NCBI GenBank assembly: GCA_012026655.1
Contig: JAAILG010000051.1
Location: 1-64,000 of the forward strand
Source of the DNA: Hydrolagus affinis
Taxonomy: Eukaryota
Direction of reading: 5' to 3'
Length of the DNA: 64,000 nucleotides
The position numbers were made by a program, and so were the translations under genes. The notes beneath the pieces were generated by a model. It did not search any database. It saw only the letters and a list, made by a program, of their open reading frames with translations, and was not told the origin of the DNA. Shown in pieces: positions 36,987 through 51,207 of this stretch; the stretch's first letter is position 1; every line of letters starts with the position of its first letter.

Positions 36987-37419
36987 CATTCAGATTCTTT
37001 TTTGTAAAAAAAAATACAGTCTAATTTGGTGCAAGTGGTATAATTAGAATGTGATTCTCAATAGGGAATTGTGAAACACTATCATTATTCCGTAAATGAG
37101 GACAACTGAATATTTACTGGAATCAATTCAGTGTTCCATAAATTCTGCATCTGTCATTCATCAATCGAGGTCATTAAACATCTAACAATTTATCTAACAA
37201 TTTACTTTCCCTTAAAACATTTTACTGCCGTGTTACCTAAATTCTTTGCTTATAACATGTTTCGGATATTCCTTCTAAATATATTGACATAATTCAAGTA
37301 ATATTGAAACCATCTCAGTTGTGCTCGTGGTGATAGACAGAACAGAATGTGACAACAGACAAAATCTCAGGTTATAGAAAAACCTTTAATCTGATCAATC
37401 ACGGGATCCTGATATGGAG

Positions 37420-37525
37420 ATTTGACAGTATGGATCAACATGGAGTAGGCCAGAGCCCGCTAAATAGAGGGGACAGGCAGGCTGATAAATAGACAGCAGG
37501 TTGGAGAGATAGGTGGGGGCATGGT
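37420..37525 (-). mobile_element. L2 fragment
   Basis: atggagtaggccagagcccgctaaatagaggggacaggcaggctgata...gagataggtgggggc matches the antisense of other L2 copies. Confidence 0.75.
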
Positions 37526-37624
37526 GCAATTGTTAGTGTGATTTGATCTTATGAACAAAGCTCTCATAGATGATCATACCTATATGATCATGAGATGAAC
37601 CTGGTAAAATATTAGGTTATACTT

Positions 37625-37648
37625 TGTGTGTGTGTGTGTGTGTGTGTG
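37625..37648. repeat. (GT)n microsatellite
   Basis: Direct reading. Confidence 0.95.
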
Positions 37649-37976
37649 AAAGAGAGTATAGTTATGAGTGGATCCAAATGAGTGATGTTTTAAAAAATAT
37701 ATATCTTGCACCTTTCCCCACCGTTGGAAATGTCTCATGTGAAATGGGTTTGGTTAGTTTCTTGCAGTTGATAAGTTCACAATCCAAAACTCTGTACATT
37801 TTAAAAACATCTTAACTGGTTAAATCCAGGCACAATAACAAGATGATTGTCAACTGCCTTTCACAAAAAAACGTAAAGCAATATGAGAATAGTTTTCTTT
37901 TGCAAAAGCTCGGCTGATATGAATACTGTACTGGCTGATAAATCTGACTGATTTTCATAGTTTTGTTTTGTTTCAG

Positions 37977-38201
37977 GCAACAGATGTTGATCTTGGTTCA
38001 AACGTGACGTATCGTATAAGAAGTCAGGAATCCATGGAGCTATTTTCTGTAAATCGCTGGACAGGAGAATTATCAATTTTACAGTCTGTGGATTATGAAA
38101 CTCTGTCTGCTGCAGATGGAAGCTACACATTTGTAGTGGAGGCACTGGACAGCGGAGGGAGTATGCCTCCAGGTTTAGCTACTGTGTCTGTCCAAATCAA
38201 G
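37977..38201 (+). CDS. PCDH15: PCDH15 exon (~exon 20, EC8), 225 nt
   Basis: tttcag|GCA...AAG|gtaagt; ATDVDLGSNVTYRIRS...VDYE...MPPGLATVSVQIK. Confidence 0.96.
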
Positions 38202-41200
38202 GTAAGTCAAACACACCATAGAACAATTATTTGAAGTTTCTGCAGAAAGATGTAATATCAGCTAATAGTACCTGAAATCTAAGCGTTTCTCATACTTTAC
38301 TATCATGTTAGTTTAAAAATTCAAAATTTTGAAACTGGTATATTGAAATTCTATAATGGATATTACTTTTTTGGCTCTGACATAATTGTAAGTTTGGATA
38401 TTTAAAAACAGAAAAAAAATCAGTTTTGATTTAAGATGTTGCCATCAAATGGGAAGGAAGTCAATGCAAGGGAAGGCAAAGGGGATTTTTTTTCCTGTTA
38501 TTAAAGTGTAGCAATCCAAAATATCAAGTTAAAAGTATAAAGGTCAAGCTGACATTTTGTTGATTTGCATGTAAATAAAAATCAGTGAAGCGGAAAAAAT
38601 AATGGTAATAAATGTAAAGGATCGTCCAGTTTAAAGAAATGTGTGAAGTAATTATCACAGCCTGTGCAGCTTGTAGAGGTAAATAGGCTGAAAAACCCTG
38701 TATCAGCAGACAGTTTACAGGGTTTTGATAAATCAATGTGAATTTACTGTGCCTGAGCACATTATAATGGAAATGTATCTTGAAGTGGTTTATGGCAAAC
38801 CTCTTCCTCCTTGAAAACAGTTGTTGTAGATAAACACAGCTTATTTTGATTGATCTGAATCATTTCGATAACTGCGAGAGGCTGCTATGGATTACCTCTT
38901 AAATGCAAGCATCTTAATAAACACTTTTTAACTCTTATTTGCAGACATCATCAGTTAGTTAATATGTTTTTGAAGGTATTGTATTCTCTGACCTCTGCAG
39001 CAATCTTTGCACTTGTATTGGTCATTAAGATTTTATGATACCCAGCAGTCATGATAACATCTTTCATGTATAGGTAATTTGCGCATATGGACCATTAATG
39101 TTTTCCTTGGTGGGTGGTAGTGGGTTAGTATAAAATCTGTTACTGTCCAATTCCTTTAATTTATGCTTCTTCCCTTTAAAAAGCTCATTTAAAAACATGG
39201 TTTCTCACCAAAGGCACTTTATATGTTGCGGCAGCTGTATTTGAAGCCTGCCAACACTGTTTAGTGGGCAGTGTGATCAAGCAGACGTTCTTGGGCTTTT
39301 TTGGTGTGTGATGTGGGAGAATGTATTTGTTAAAACATCCAGTTTGCGTTCCTCTCCAGAGAACATGGTATTAGATTGCCCAGCACCACTGTCTAAACTA
39401 TATTTTGTGTATTTAACACCTTATTCCCTGACATCACCTTTCATTTCAGGTTAAGAATAATAATATTTTACATTTTTTATAATTTTAAAAAGTATTCCCT
39501 CCTAAAATTTGTTTACAAAACCATTACAACCCTGACTTGATCACACCTGGAGTTGCACAATGCACAAAAATAAAATTTGAACACAAATTACATTGTGTTC
39601 TGATGAATCCCAGGCTCAGTTTCCTTCTCCCTAGAGTTGAAATGACAGAGAATTGGATGTCTCGAAATGGGAAGTGAATCCACACTCCTTCTGGCAAATG
39701 GAAGATTACGTTATAGCTACTGGTAGTAACATGGCTTCTGACAACAAGAGAAAAAACATACCTAATTTTTTTTAAGAAAACTCATCACTGGTTTTAATAT
39801 ACAGAACTTATCATAGCGTCCATTATTGATAGAGCGCATTATTGTAATTCATTTCTGCATTGTAGCCAACTGAATTTACCCTCCCAACATAGTTGCTCCA
39901 TCATTGTTCTGAACTTAATAATTCTGACTTAAGTTTTGTTACATGATATTCATAAAATTGCTGGTAATATTTAGTGTAAATCATTTATAAAACTGTGATC
40001 ATGTCTGTGACAATCAATGTCACTTTGCCTTCTGACTGATGGCTCCGATGTTAAATTAATCCGGATTTATCCAAACCGGAGACTGATCATGTTACTCAGA
40101 AAGCCATGTTTCATCCTCACATGTGATAGACAGAGTGCCAAGTTTGCAACAAAACATGACCTTCAATGATCTGAATGCATTGAGGATGGTGATTACCAGC
40201 TGCACAAAGTGAATTATTTTATTTTCAGAGCTTATCACAGTCAAACATATTTATTCAATGAAACTAAAAGTATCATTGTCTTAAATCCAGTGTACATGAA
40301 TGCAAATATCCATTAATAGATCTGAGTTGTCAACATTGAGGACATTTGGTAGTTACTTTCATGATCAGAAACAATTAAATAGCTTAGAACCCCACCAACC
40401 CCTTTTAAACATATGGGGTGGGGGAAATTTTGCTTGGTTCTACATTTTTTTGGCATTTCAGATTGCCAGAACTTGGCACATTCTTCAACACAACCTCAAT
40501 TTTGAAGCCCTATTTTCTTTAAGGCCTTTAGAAAATAAGTTTAAAACGTATAAACATACTTTCGAATTCTGCATGTTGTAAAATGCTGGAAAATTAAATA
40601 TAAAACCAAAAGAGGAATTTCTCCATCATGTTGTACATACAAATGGGTTATAATTTTAAACCAAATTTATTTCAAAAAAGGTTAATTATTGATGGGTTAT
40701 TTCCTCCCAACACTCTTCTGTGGCTCAATTTTTCAGATCTTCTGAAACCTGTCAGAAGTGATACAAGAGGGTAGAATAATGACCACATTATTGCAGGCAC
40801 TAAACAGGTCTTTGATTTGTGGGAACTTGAATATCAATACCTTGAGAATCGATAGTTATTTTATATTTGAGTTGCATGCCTACAGCAGATTTTTTTTAAA
40901 TTGTGTAGCTTTGCTTTTTAATTTTGGGAAAAAAATGCTATACAACTGTGTATGTGTACATAAATGCTTTGATAATGTATCAAAGCATCTTGATTATTGT
41001 GAAGACATATGTTCAGACTTTCTATGAATCACTTGGGTTATGTTTTAAAACACATTAAAACACTTGCAATGCAGCAGCAAAATAAAACTACAGACATTTT
41101 CTGCATATGTTTTTGTTTGCTGCTGGTCCCTAAGAGTCTTAGCCATACAGAGACTTTTTTATAGTCATTATGGCAGTTTCCAACAATGTGTATTGTATAC

Positions 41201-41484
41201 TCTGTTAGTTGGTTTTACATTCAGATCAGAGTTCACTACAGTATATGGTAATAACCTTAGCCAGTGTGACATCAAGGTTCAATCCTCTTATCCAGCCCCC
41301 AACCCCTTCTTACCATGTTCAGATGAGCAAAATCACCCCATAGGCCAAGGGTTAAAGTATACATAAGTTTCCAATTGTAACTGTTTTCTGTTCAATCCTT
41401 CTTCCAATCATGTTTTCCAATAACATATTTAGAAAAATAGTTAAAATTCTGAAGCAAATACTTTTTAAAAATCACTTTGATGCC

Positions 41485-41705
41485 CTTCAAGGCCCTCCAG
41501 CTCCTGCCCCCTCCTAACGTTCTGACTTGTTGACCTATCAACTTGTCCGCTCCCTCCGTTCAGCAGGCTCCGACCTGCTCCATGTCTCCCTATCCCCACT
41601 CTTTGGAACTCTAGCTCACAATCCCTTCACCTTGCTCCCTCACTTACCTCCTTCAAGGCCTGACTCAAGACCTCCCCCTTTTCAATCGTGCCATCAGCTG
41701 CCCAA
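41485..41705 (+). mobile_element. L2 3' fragment
   Basis: ttcaaggccctcc...ccgctccctccgttcagc...cctccttcaaggcc...ctcaagacc shared with the 51621 and 53248 copies. Confidence 0.85.
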
Positions 41706-42569
41706 TTGAACACGTTTGCTTAGAATGCAAAGTATCCTGGCTTCAAAGTCTGCAGTTTAACACAGAGCTTTGAAAACTTACATTAGAGTTTCTTCGGTGT
41801 TACTCAGAAGGTGTTTTGCTACATAAATATAGGACTGTAGGAATGCAGTGCTACTGTTGTGCAGTACATTTGCAATAATCGGGAGTGACTCACGGTTATG
41901 AAATTAGAACCTGGCAGAGTTGCAAATCTAAGACTGGAATAAAAGTTAATTGAGTGAAAACAAACTGAAATGACACTTTGTATTAATGCTGTACCTTACA
42001 ATGGATTAATGTGACAGTGAGGAGCCTTGCTTCTACACTGCACCTGTCAAATCAGATTGTTTTATTTTGTGATGATTCAAAATATGAATCTAAACTAATC
42101 AGATCAGTAAACTGTCACACACCTGTGGCCAGGTTACAATTCTTGCAAAATGTCACCGTGATTAGCTGATAGAATAGAAAGTTTACACGTAGGTCATTGT
42201 GACTTTGCAGTAATAGTCATCCATCAGAGATTGTTCCCATGGTTTTTGTTTCAACACAGGACCAAAGCTGGGATGTGAGACAATAGAATTATCTATGGTG
42301 AAGAGCAGAATTGTAAATCCAGAGCAGCACTGTTGATGATTGACTGCTATTAGATCTTTAACTTTTTCATATTTAATATTTAACCTTGAAACATCAGTTA
42401 CGCTTTAAAATACATACAATGTTAAATAAACCATACAGATTATTTTGTATGAGAAAGAAATGTGGATGTGAAAAGAGGGAGTACTGAGACAGAAAATGAG
42501 CAGTAAATTCACGTATATGTCAGGTGATTCATACACAAGTGCTATAATACCAGTGATGACTTATCCCCA

Positions 42570-42660
42570 GTTCATATTGCTGGAATTGAAGCAATATCAC
42601 TTCCAGCAGTAAAGCGATTAGGAGCTGGAAACATGATACATGCTTCTAATTGAATTGCCT
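42570..42660 (+). repeat. Unclassified dispersed hairpin repeat, copy 2
   Basis: ttgctggaattgaagcaatatcacttccagcagtaaagcgattaggagc, homologous to 22406. Confidence 0.8.
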
Positions 42661-44671
42661 GAAAACGAGGTTGGAGTAGAGATTGCTAATGTTCCATGAA
42701 CAGGCGCTGAAGTGGCCACGGTGACCAGATCATTGGCTGCCGTAAAGGGCTCTGGCCCTAATCATGTATCAGCAAAGTTCTGATGACGCAATGTGTATTT
42801 TTCACTACACGCTTTCCCCTTCTGTCACCACCAAGCACAATCGGGTCAGCAATAACAGATGCAGATGAACTGCCCTGTATCATGTCTTGATTCAAACATC
42901 AGAAGGATGCCCCCTGTTGCACTCTTGTCAACCACTCAGTTGTATGCATCAACTATATGTATCAATCGCTGTGAATTTTGAGCTGTGGGCACATATCTGC
43001 TAGACACAAATTGAAACTGGAAATTCATTTTATGTAAAAGCTTCATAGACAGAAGAGATTTTTATTTTACCAGTTTGGATTAGATTTAAATCCAGGACCC
43101 AGGGTGAAAAAGATTGCTCTCATCTGCTATCCTTCATAGTATAATTTGTACAAAAATACCTGTAATATATTTTATTAGCATTTTGTTAATCCTTTAAGCA
43201 GCTTTAATGGCCTGTTTCTCTGACTTTTAAAAACAAACAAGCAGGCATCTTTTCTAAATAGAATCATTGATTAGTCATTCTGTCATTTGTTTATTTCAAT
43301 TGTATTGAACACATGAGTAATCTCAATCAAATTGAAAAGGCTATTTGCATTCTCAAGTGCCGACTTGCATGTAATTTATCTTTAAAGCCTATGAAATGTC
43401 ACCAAATGATCTGGTCGAATTTTAGTACCAAAGAGTGAATAGAATTGTATTAAGAATGTACTGTATTGCATTTTAAATGATAGTGGAAAAGAATCTGTGT
43501 TTTGTATTAGAGCTATCTCAGGGAGAACAAAATTTAGAATTACTGTTCATTGAGCCTTTTCTGGAGTAACCTTCCTCTAAACTTTGGTGTATAACACATT
43601 ACTGGCTAATTCAGCAATGATTATCTTTGTTATTTTCCTGTCGTATAGTTGAATCGAGATAGATTGATACCACCTTAAGTAATTCTTCAACTATATTCTG
43701 CTTGCTTTCATGTGGTACTTTGTATCAAGGACAAATTAATTTGTCTCCCAATTGAACTGTTCTCATTCTAGCCATATTTCTGTTTCATGAAATATCATTC
43801 ATTGGAATTTTTCAAATTGAATTTTCATGTCATTAATTTTACATTTTATGGTTAAGCAGTCTGTTTCCTTCCAAATCTAGTTAATACTGAACATTCTCGG
43901 AATGCATTTGAAAGCCTTTAATGATTAGGAAGAGAACAAGGTTGGGTCTATCTTACAGCCTTGTTAATAATGACGATGGTAAAGTGCATTTGCTTTTTTA
44001 AAACATCCACTTTATTACAAACTAAAATAATCTCAGAAAAAATAAAACCTGGAATTCATTTTGCCTAATTATAGCTGCAGCCTTGATGCGATTTAAATTA
44101 AAGTTTAAACGACAACCAGAAAAATTACATAGGTATAGCACCTTTTACATTGGGAGGTCATCCCAAGGTGCTTAAAGAACTTGAACAATCCACCAAATTT
44201 GTATTAAACTTAACAACAGTAGAGAAGAACTGCCAGTCAAATCACATCTTTGCTGTGTGATATATCATCAGCAGCCATATAGCTAATGAGCACATAGAGT
44301 GCATATGCTTAAATACTTGCATAAGAATAAACCATGAGTGTACATGAAAATCCATTTTCCACATTACAAGAGTGGTTTAGCAATCAGAAGAACTTTGCAT
44401 TGTCTCTTCTCACCACTCCAAAAATGGAGCATTGCAGCAGCTACGTTATAGCTTAGGCAACGAACTGCTAAAGGGCAAGTCACAAAATGTCAGCCCAGCT
44501 CTTTATTTCACATGCTAACGAACCTGTGCATTTCCTCCATTTTCCAGTTTTAATGCTGATTTCCAGAATTTGTGTTTTGTTTTCTGTTCATTGCAAGTGA
44601 GTGAGGTAATTGTCTGAAAATAACTCTATTAGGCTTACTCCATAATTCTAACTACAATTAATTTACAAATA

Positions 44672-45369
44672 CAGGTACTCCTCCCCAACCGCGGGGGATA
44701 CATTCCTGTAAACCTCCGTGGTTGGTAAAATCATGGTTGGAAAATGCAGGGCCCTATGGGAAACATGGGGATAGGGGGAGTAAGTTTGCGTTTCGTAGAA
44801 CTAAACACAAAACAAACATATACACTTATAACGTACATGGGGATAGGGGGAGTAAGTTTGGGCGTGTTGGCTGCCAGGATCTGCAGCAATCCGCGAGGCT
44901 GTCTGACTGACTGACTGACTGATCTACACACAGACACAGAGAGAGAGAGAGAGAGAGAGAAGGTGAGAGAGAGAAGTGGGGGTGGGCGAGAGGGAGGATG
45001 GGGGGAAGAGAAGGTGAAATAGAGAGGAGAGAAAGAGAGATCTCTATAGCCCTATGATACACCTACAGAGAGAGAGAGGATGCAGAGAAGCGACAATAAA
45101 TTCATGTTATTTACCTTAATCCTAAGAGACAAGCTTTGTCGCTGGTTGATCGCAACATCGCAACTGGATCCTGGTGCTAAACGCTAGCGAGAAGCAACAT
45201 CGAGGCTGGTTGATGCGACTGGGTCCTAGCGGTAAACGCTAGTGTTAGTGTTAAAATCCATGGATAACCAAGGGTTATAAGCTGTGGTTTGTAAGGGTTG
45301 TCGCATTTAGCAAACCATGGATCCGTGAGTTTTGCAGTTGTGGAGGGCACAGTTGGAGCGGGGTACCTG
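44672..45369. mobile_element. Non-autonomous Tc1/mariner-superfamily (Tigger/pogo-like) DNA transposon, 698 bp
   Basis: TA|CAGGTACTCCTCCCCAACCGCG ... CACAGTTGGAGCGGGGTACCTG|TA: imperfect ~22-bp TIRs with TA duplication; internal (CTGA)n and (GA)n. Confidence 0.85.
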
Positions 45370-45916
45370 TAATCAGAAGCCAACAAGAGTACCTCTTTCA
45401 AATAATGGCTTATTCTTATGCAAATTGGTTTCTACATACAAATGAATTTTTCTCCATCCTTATGGCTCACAGTTAAGGATTTTGTTTAGTGAACTCTTGG
45501 TATTTTTCTACTTTGTCGGATGTATTAATGTGAGTGGAATTTGGCATCCCTCAATGTTGATACCAAAGCTCGTTTCTCAAAGGAGTATCTGAAACAGAGC
45601 GAGTGTCACCTGATGATTGCTATTGTTCTGTGTATGTGTGGGAGGTGGGAAAGGGGATAAAAGGCCAGCATCCAATAGTGAAAATTCAAATCAACATGAA
45701 CATTCACATGAACCTGAATAAAAATGAATTACAATTGTATACAACAAGCATGAGGTGGACACTTTTCTCTTAAGTAATGACAACAGTATGAGCAAATTGA
45801 TACAGTTTAAACAGTGCCATTTAATTGAGAACATGGTGTCAAACTGAATTAACAGCTGGTGTGTAAACAGGGAATTCATTTTAACTTCACACTGTTGTAT
45901 ATTTGTAACCTGTTCA

Positions 45917-46234
45917 TTATAATAATAATCCTTGCATTTGATTTAGTGCTTTTCACACATCTTCTGGATATCTCCAAGTCCTTCACAGAATATTCTGTAA
46001 AATGAAATGATTGTATATTTTGTGGGTAAAATGCGGCAGTCAATTGCGCACAGCAGTGTCCCACAAACAGTCGTGGATTGAAATGACCAATTTATTATTG
46101 TTTTAATTTTTTGAGGGATTATTATTAGGCCTGTGGAGTAAGGAAACTTACTGAAGGTTTTGTCCTGCCTGGAATCAAACCCAGGTCTCTCACTTTTAAG
46201 GCGAGTGCTCTAACGATTGAGCTACAGAACTCCA
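45917..46234 (-). mobile_element. tRNA-SINE, short subfamily
   Basis: Same structure and deletion junction (attattaggcctgtggag) as the 3722 copy. Confidence 0.92.
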
Positions 46235-48202
46235 CAAATATCCACACAATTAAGAGATACATTGTAAATAAATGAAGAAATTCTGATCACGTGCAGAGGA
46301 TTATCTGCCTGACCTCTCTGCAGAGAGGGCATTTTACGGCATTTAATTAAACGTCTGTGTTTTTTTAATTAAGACTGATGAGATGGAATAGGCAATTTGT
46401 TGGAAACCATGAAGACTCTGAAAAGGGTTTCTTGTCCAAAGATTTTTAAAAGATGTTAAGATTAAAGGTCAAAGATTAAAACTGATGGAAAAGCTAGAAG
46501 ATGTTAATTCTCAAATTTAAATCTTGTTCACTTAATCCTTGTTAATATTTATCTTCTGATTTTAAAGTATTTGCCTTTGGAGAATTTTTCAGTTATCTTC
46601 TTTGTAATATCAAATACTGTATGTGGATTTTGGTTACCCAAAAGTACCCTAAATATGTGCAAATGTGTAATAGAAATGTTCTGGTGAAAACCCAAGAACC
46701 ATATTTAAAACAAATGTGATCGCAGGTCAGAACAGTACCTTGATTAAACCACTGCTTTATTCTTGTTTGAGAACAATTGAAACTCTTGAGGCATTGCTTA
46801 CTTCATCAGGATCTGTTGGACTCTGTTCACTGTAACAATTCTCCAAAACAAAAAAACGGCAATTATCTGTAATATTTGCATGGATAGATCAAAAAATCCT
46901 TTATTTACTACTGAGAAAATTAGGTGAACATCCGAATCCCAGGGCACCAAATTGGTCACCGGATAAATGTAATTATTGGTTAAGTGTGGCTAAGTGCTGG
47001 CTTTAAAAGTTTGTAGATTGTCAGACAAAGGACAGTTAAAGGGGACATGACAACATGAAATCCTGACAACAATAACACCAAAATTACACTTGTACAAAGA
47101 AGGGTCACCTACCAGACAAGATTTAACTTCTGGTGCAACTATTCTGGGATTCTGGAAAGGATGCTTATTTGTAATACTTAATCTGATCGCCTTGTCCTTC
47201 ACTAGACGAGTCTGTCCTCAATTCCTCTCTACGTTATACTTGCACATACATTATTCCTTAATTTATGATCAGGCTGGTCTATTTCTCCTAATAATTAATT
47301 ATAACACTCGCATCAGAGTACTATCTCCCTGATTGACTGATGTTCAATAGAGGTAGGTTTATCTTGTGTCAAGGCCTTCTACGCTTAGAGACTTTGCTTG
47401 CTATTTATCATTGAAAGAACAAAGTGGTACCTAAATTACTCCATGAAAAAGGATTGGGCAATCTGATGAGTCAAAGTTTTGATATACATTCATGCCGATG
47501 TTGATTTACAGATCGTATGAACCATCTAGAATTCTTTGTATGCACAATTGAAATTTCTAAATGAAAGCTTACATTGCACATTTTTTTTTAACACTTCAAC
47601 ATCTGTCAAAAAGATCAGTTTGCTTTCGAGAAATCACAATGTACATTCTCAACCTACACTTGTTAAGGCCTCCATGCCGTTTTCTAGTTTTTTTTATTAA
47701 GAGTTATCAGCCTATCCATGAAACTGTTCAATTTTGTTACTTGGTCTTTCATTAAGATTATTCTAATAATTTCAGATCTTTGAGGGTTCATCTTTACCAG
47801 TTTTAAAAAAATTGCAATAAAATGTCACAGTGCATTAGTTAATGAGAATTGGTTTCATGTGCAATTTGTTTTTAAAATATAACCCTTGGACTGCCATTGA
47901 CATGATGACACATTCAGGTATACCAGTTTATTTTTAGCTCCACCAATAAATTATATTGTTGTTACTTCATGCTTCCCAGAAATTTCACCTGTCATCAGAT
48001 CCAACATTTCTGGTTATTGGCAAAAGTAAATGTTTGGATCCAAACTGTAGCCATCCACAGATTGCATTGATGAACTTTTCTTTGATGGAGGAATTGTTGC
48101 AATGTTTAAATTTTATTGATGTATTAACAAATATATGGATCATATAATCTCCTGTAACTGTAACAATTATTGAAAATGAAGGCTAACATGCTCTTTTTCT
48201 AG

Positions 48203-48319
48203 GATATGAATGACCATACTCCAGAGTTTAGTAAACCTATCTATAGAGGGATGGTGGCACCAGATGCATTGAAGGGTACACTTATTGCTACAGTATCAGC
48301 TGAAGATAAAGACCCTCCA
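48203..48319 (+). CDS. PCDH15: PCDH15 exon (~exon 21, EC8-EC9), 117 nt
   Basis: ttctag|GAT...CCA|gtaagt; [39 protein letters not shown]. Confidence 0.96.
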
Positions 48320-48540
48320 GTAAGTTGCACTTATGTTGCCGATAAACAGTACAAAACAAAAAGCTTTGTTTTCTAGTTTCTGTCGTAGAAAGCATATTTA
48401 AGGTTAATATGTATACTAGATCTGACAGGTGATGCTTGCAAGAACTGCTCTACTCACATATGTTTAGAATTAAATTGAAGCCATATACTTTGCCAACTGT
48501 CATTCTTCGCAATTTGTAATGTTTATTGAACGGTATTATT

Positions 48541-48885
48541 TAAAGCCCTCCATTGCCTTGCCCCACCCTACTTCTGCGATCAACTAACCCCCTACCAACC
48601 AGTCCGCTGCCTCCGCTCAGCGGGCTCCAGCCTGCTCCATTGGCAGGCGAGCTTTCAGCCACTCTGTCCCCAACCTTTGGAATTCCATTCTGCAATCTTG
48701 CCCACTCTTTAGCCTCCTTCAAATCCGACCTCAAGATCCTCCTCTTCAATCGTGGTATTGGTTGCCCTTTCCCTCCCCGATCCCGACCCTAGCTCTGGTC
48801 CGAAACACTGTCTGTCCAGGGCCTTCGGAAGTCCTTCCGATGTAAAAGGTGCTATACAAATGTGATTTTTGTTGTTGTTATTTTT
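48541..48885 (+). mobile_element. L2 3' end
   Basis: aaagccctccattgccttgcccccacctac...aaaaggtgctatacaaatgtgatttttgttgttgtt. Confidence 0.9.
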
Positions 48886-49902
48886 TTGCTTCAAATGCTA
48901 TATTACAAGATGTATAATTAAGGAATCATTTCAATATTGGTACGAAATAAGCTAAATCTCTAATTGGGTTTTCTTTTACCATGCAATGCTGCACAAAGTC
49001 TTATCAAAGACTTGAAGGTCAACCAAAACGCTCTATTAATATGCATTTCACAATGGAATATTAATGTGAAGTGTGCAAAAATTAATGCAGAAGCACAGAA
49101 ACTTGACTATTCCAAAACCCAATCTCACACCAAAGGCAATATTCAGCCTCCAAAAGACACACCGAATGATAAATCAATGAAAAAAATTGTTCTAAATTTT
49201 GTCTTCTATATATGCTGAATGTACCAAATCTGATTAAAATTCTCCTCAAGTCACTAAAAATGGGCTGAAATTGATTTTGCACAATATAGCCATGGAACAA
49301 AATTCAATATGAATTTGAAATACTCACCTGAAAAGATTGCAACTAGGGTATACATATTGAATAAGATGCCTCTCTAAATAAATTACGGAGGTAGCAACTC
49401 GATGGAAAGGTTCAGATGGTATATATAAGCTTCTTAAGATTAAGGCCAATCATTCATTTGATGACATATGAATCTTTAAATCATGTCGCTGCCTTTTAAC
49501 AGACTGCTATGGGTTTGTTGTAGCAGATAGCTTTCCTGGGTATATTGTAATAGATAATGTTCAGAAACACTCTGTATGACTATATGTTGCTCTTATTATT
49601 TAGTCATCAGTATTATATTAAGGATAATGTTACCTCAAGCTAGTGCACAATAGACATTAGATTTTAATTGATTCTACAGTTCGACTATCTCTCACAATAG
49701 TGATGTCTGATCTCAGTTTTGAACCTTTAGATAATGGACAACATTTGAAATATGGAGGATTTAAACTCTCATGCTGAAATATCCTCAAGGTACATCCAAT
49801 ACCTGTTTTAAGCTTGGTTGATAACAGCTTCACATTAGTCAGATATGTTTTAGTTACAGGGTCAGCAATCAAACCCAAACCCTTTTCAATAATCAAACAC
49901 AA

Positions 49903-49968
49903 ACGCAGCGCTGTTTGGAAGACCTCCCTGTGAAAGGCGCTATACAAATGTAATTTGTTGTTGTTATT
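49903..49968 (+). mobile_element. Tail-only L2 insertion
   Basis: gcagcgct...gtgaaaggcgctatacaaatgtaatttgttgttgtt. Confidence 0.8.
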
Positions 49969-50329
49969 TTCCAACTTTGTTAATGGGCACCTATGTACAG
50001 TAGTATTCAGCTGCTAATCTGAAAGTCTTATTAATACAGGTGAAGTACCCCACTGCTTGTAAATTACAGGTGTTTATCATAGCATACAGCCTTGTAACAA
50101 CCTGTTAATTGTATTTATGCACAGATGTTTTTCTAATCTTCCTAACTCTATTAGTAGATTGAATTGAATGAGAAATATCCACCACTGGGTACTTCAGGAT
50201 AGAAATACCTTTGGGAATTAAATTTATAATTTTGCATTCATTTTCATTTTATTAATTTTTTTTAATCTGTCGTAATTGGTCCAATTTGATCAATGTTTAT
50301 TCTATCATGTTCCCTATCTTAGTAGATAA

Positions 50330-50469
50330 GATTTGCGGTTTGAGCACTCGCCTCACAAGTGAGAGACCTGGGATATACTTTCTTTGCTGTATATTCTGTG
50401 AAGCGATTTGAGATGTCTAGAAGACATGAAAAGCGCTATATCAAATGCAAGGATGATTATTATTTATTA
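50330..50469 (+). mobile_element. SINE with head joined directly to tail
   Basis: gagcactcgcctcacaagtgagagacctggg followed within ~20 nt by tatattctgtgaagcgatttgagatgtc...gcaaggatgattatt. Confidence 0.85.
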
Positions 50470-51207
50470 GCGTGCTCTTTCTTTGAGTGAATGGCTCAGT
50501 AAGAAAATCCATTGCTTGGAGTGAAAGATTAATTCCAACAATAGGTTTTAACTTTCCCTTTAGCATTAGGTATTCCTTTAAATGACGGCTGTGACTGTGG
50601 TCTGCTATTAGCACAATTCCATATAAAGGATTTTTTCTTCAACAAATCTTTACATTTTTGTTTACCTGCCGGGATTCAAACCCAGGTCTCTCTCAATTTA
50701 ATTGTGCAATAAAAATGTCAAACTTTTCATAAGTGATAGTTGCTCCATTGTTTCTCGTGAATGGTGTGTTTTGTATCCCCGTTGGGTACCAGTCACTGGA
50801 CAGACTGATTCAACAGTCATATAAAAAATACCCACTGTGGTTCTCTGTTGCCACGGTAATAAGGTGCTGACCTCTTGAGAAAGAGGTATTATTTGAGAGT
50901 CGGCTTTGAAAATTGCGGATTTTCTGTCGCTGCACACATGGTCAGAAGGAATGCTATGGCATGAAAGGTGAATACTGTGGTCACCTTTATTGCTACCGGC
51001 TGTAAATAATTGGTGTGACTCTCCCTTTCCTTATCCTGAGGAGCTCCCTCGGTGCTCTTGTGTCAAAACCCGAAACCTATTTTTAACTGTTTTGCGGTCT
51101 CTATATTTCCTAATCTTTCGTAAAACTGTATCTCAATCTTTGCTGTATCTTTTCATCTGTTCCTGTCTTGTTATTGATACAACTGTAACACATTCCTTAT
51201 TTACTTA

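Noticed and set aside
44763-44860. CRISPR-like repeat-spacer-repeat
   Set aside because: Only two 26-bp repeats, inside a eukaryotic MITE, with no cas genes.
46313-46328. Isolated 16-bp palindrome CCTCTCTGCAGAGAGG, and a 10-bp hairpin at 62787-62810
   Set aside because: Single short palindromes are expected by chance in 64 kb and have no supporting context.
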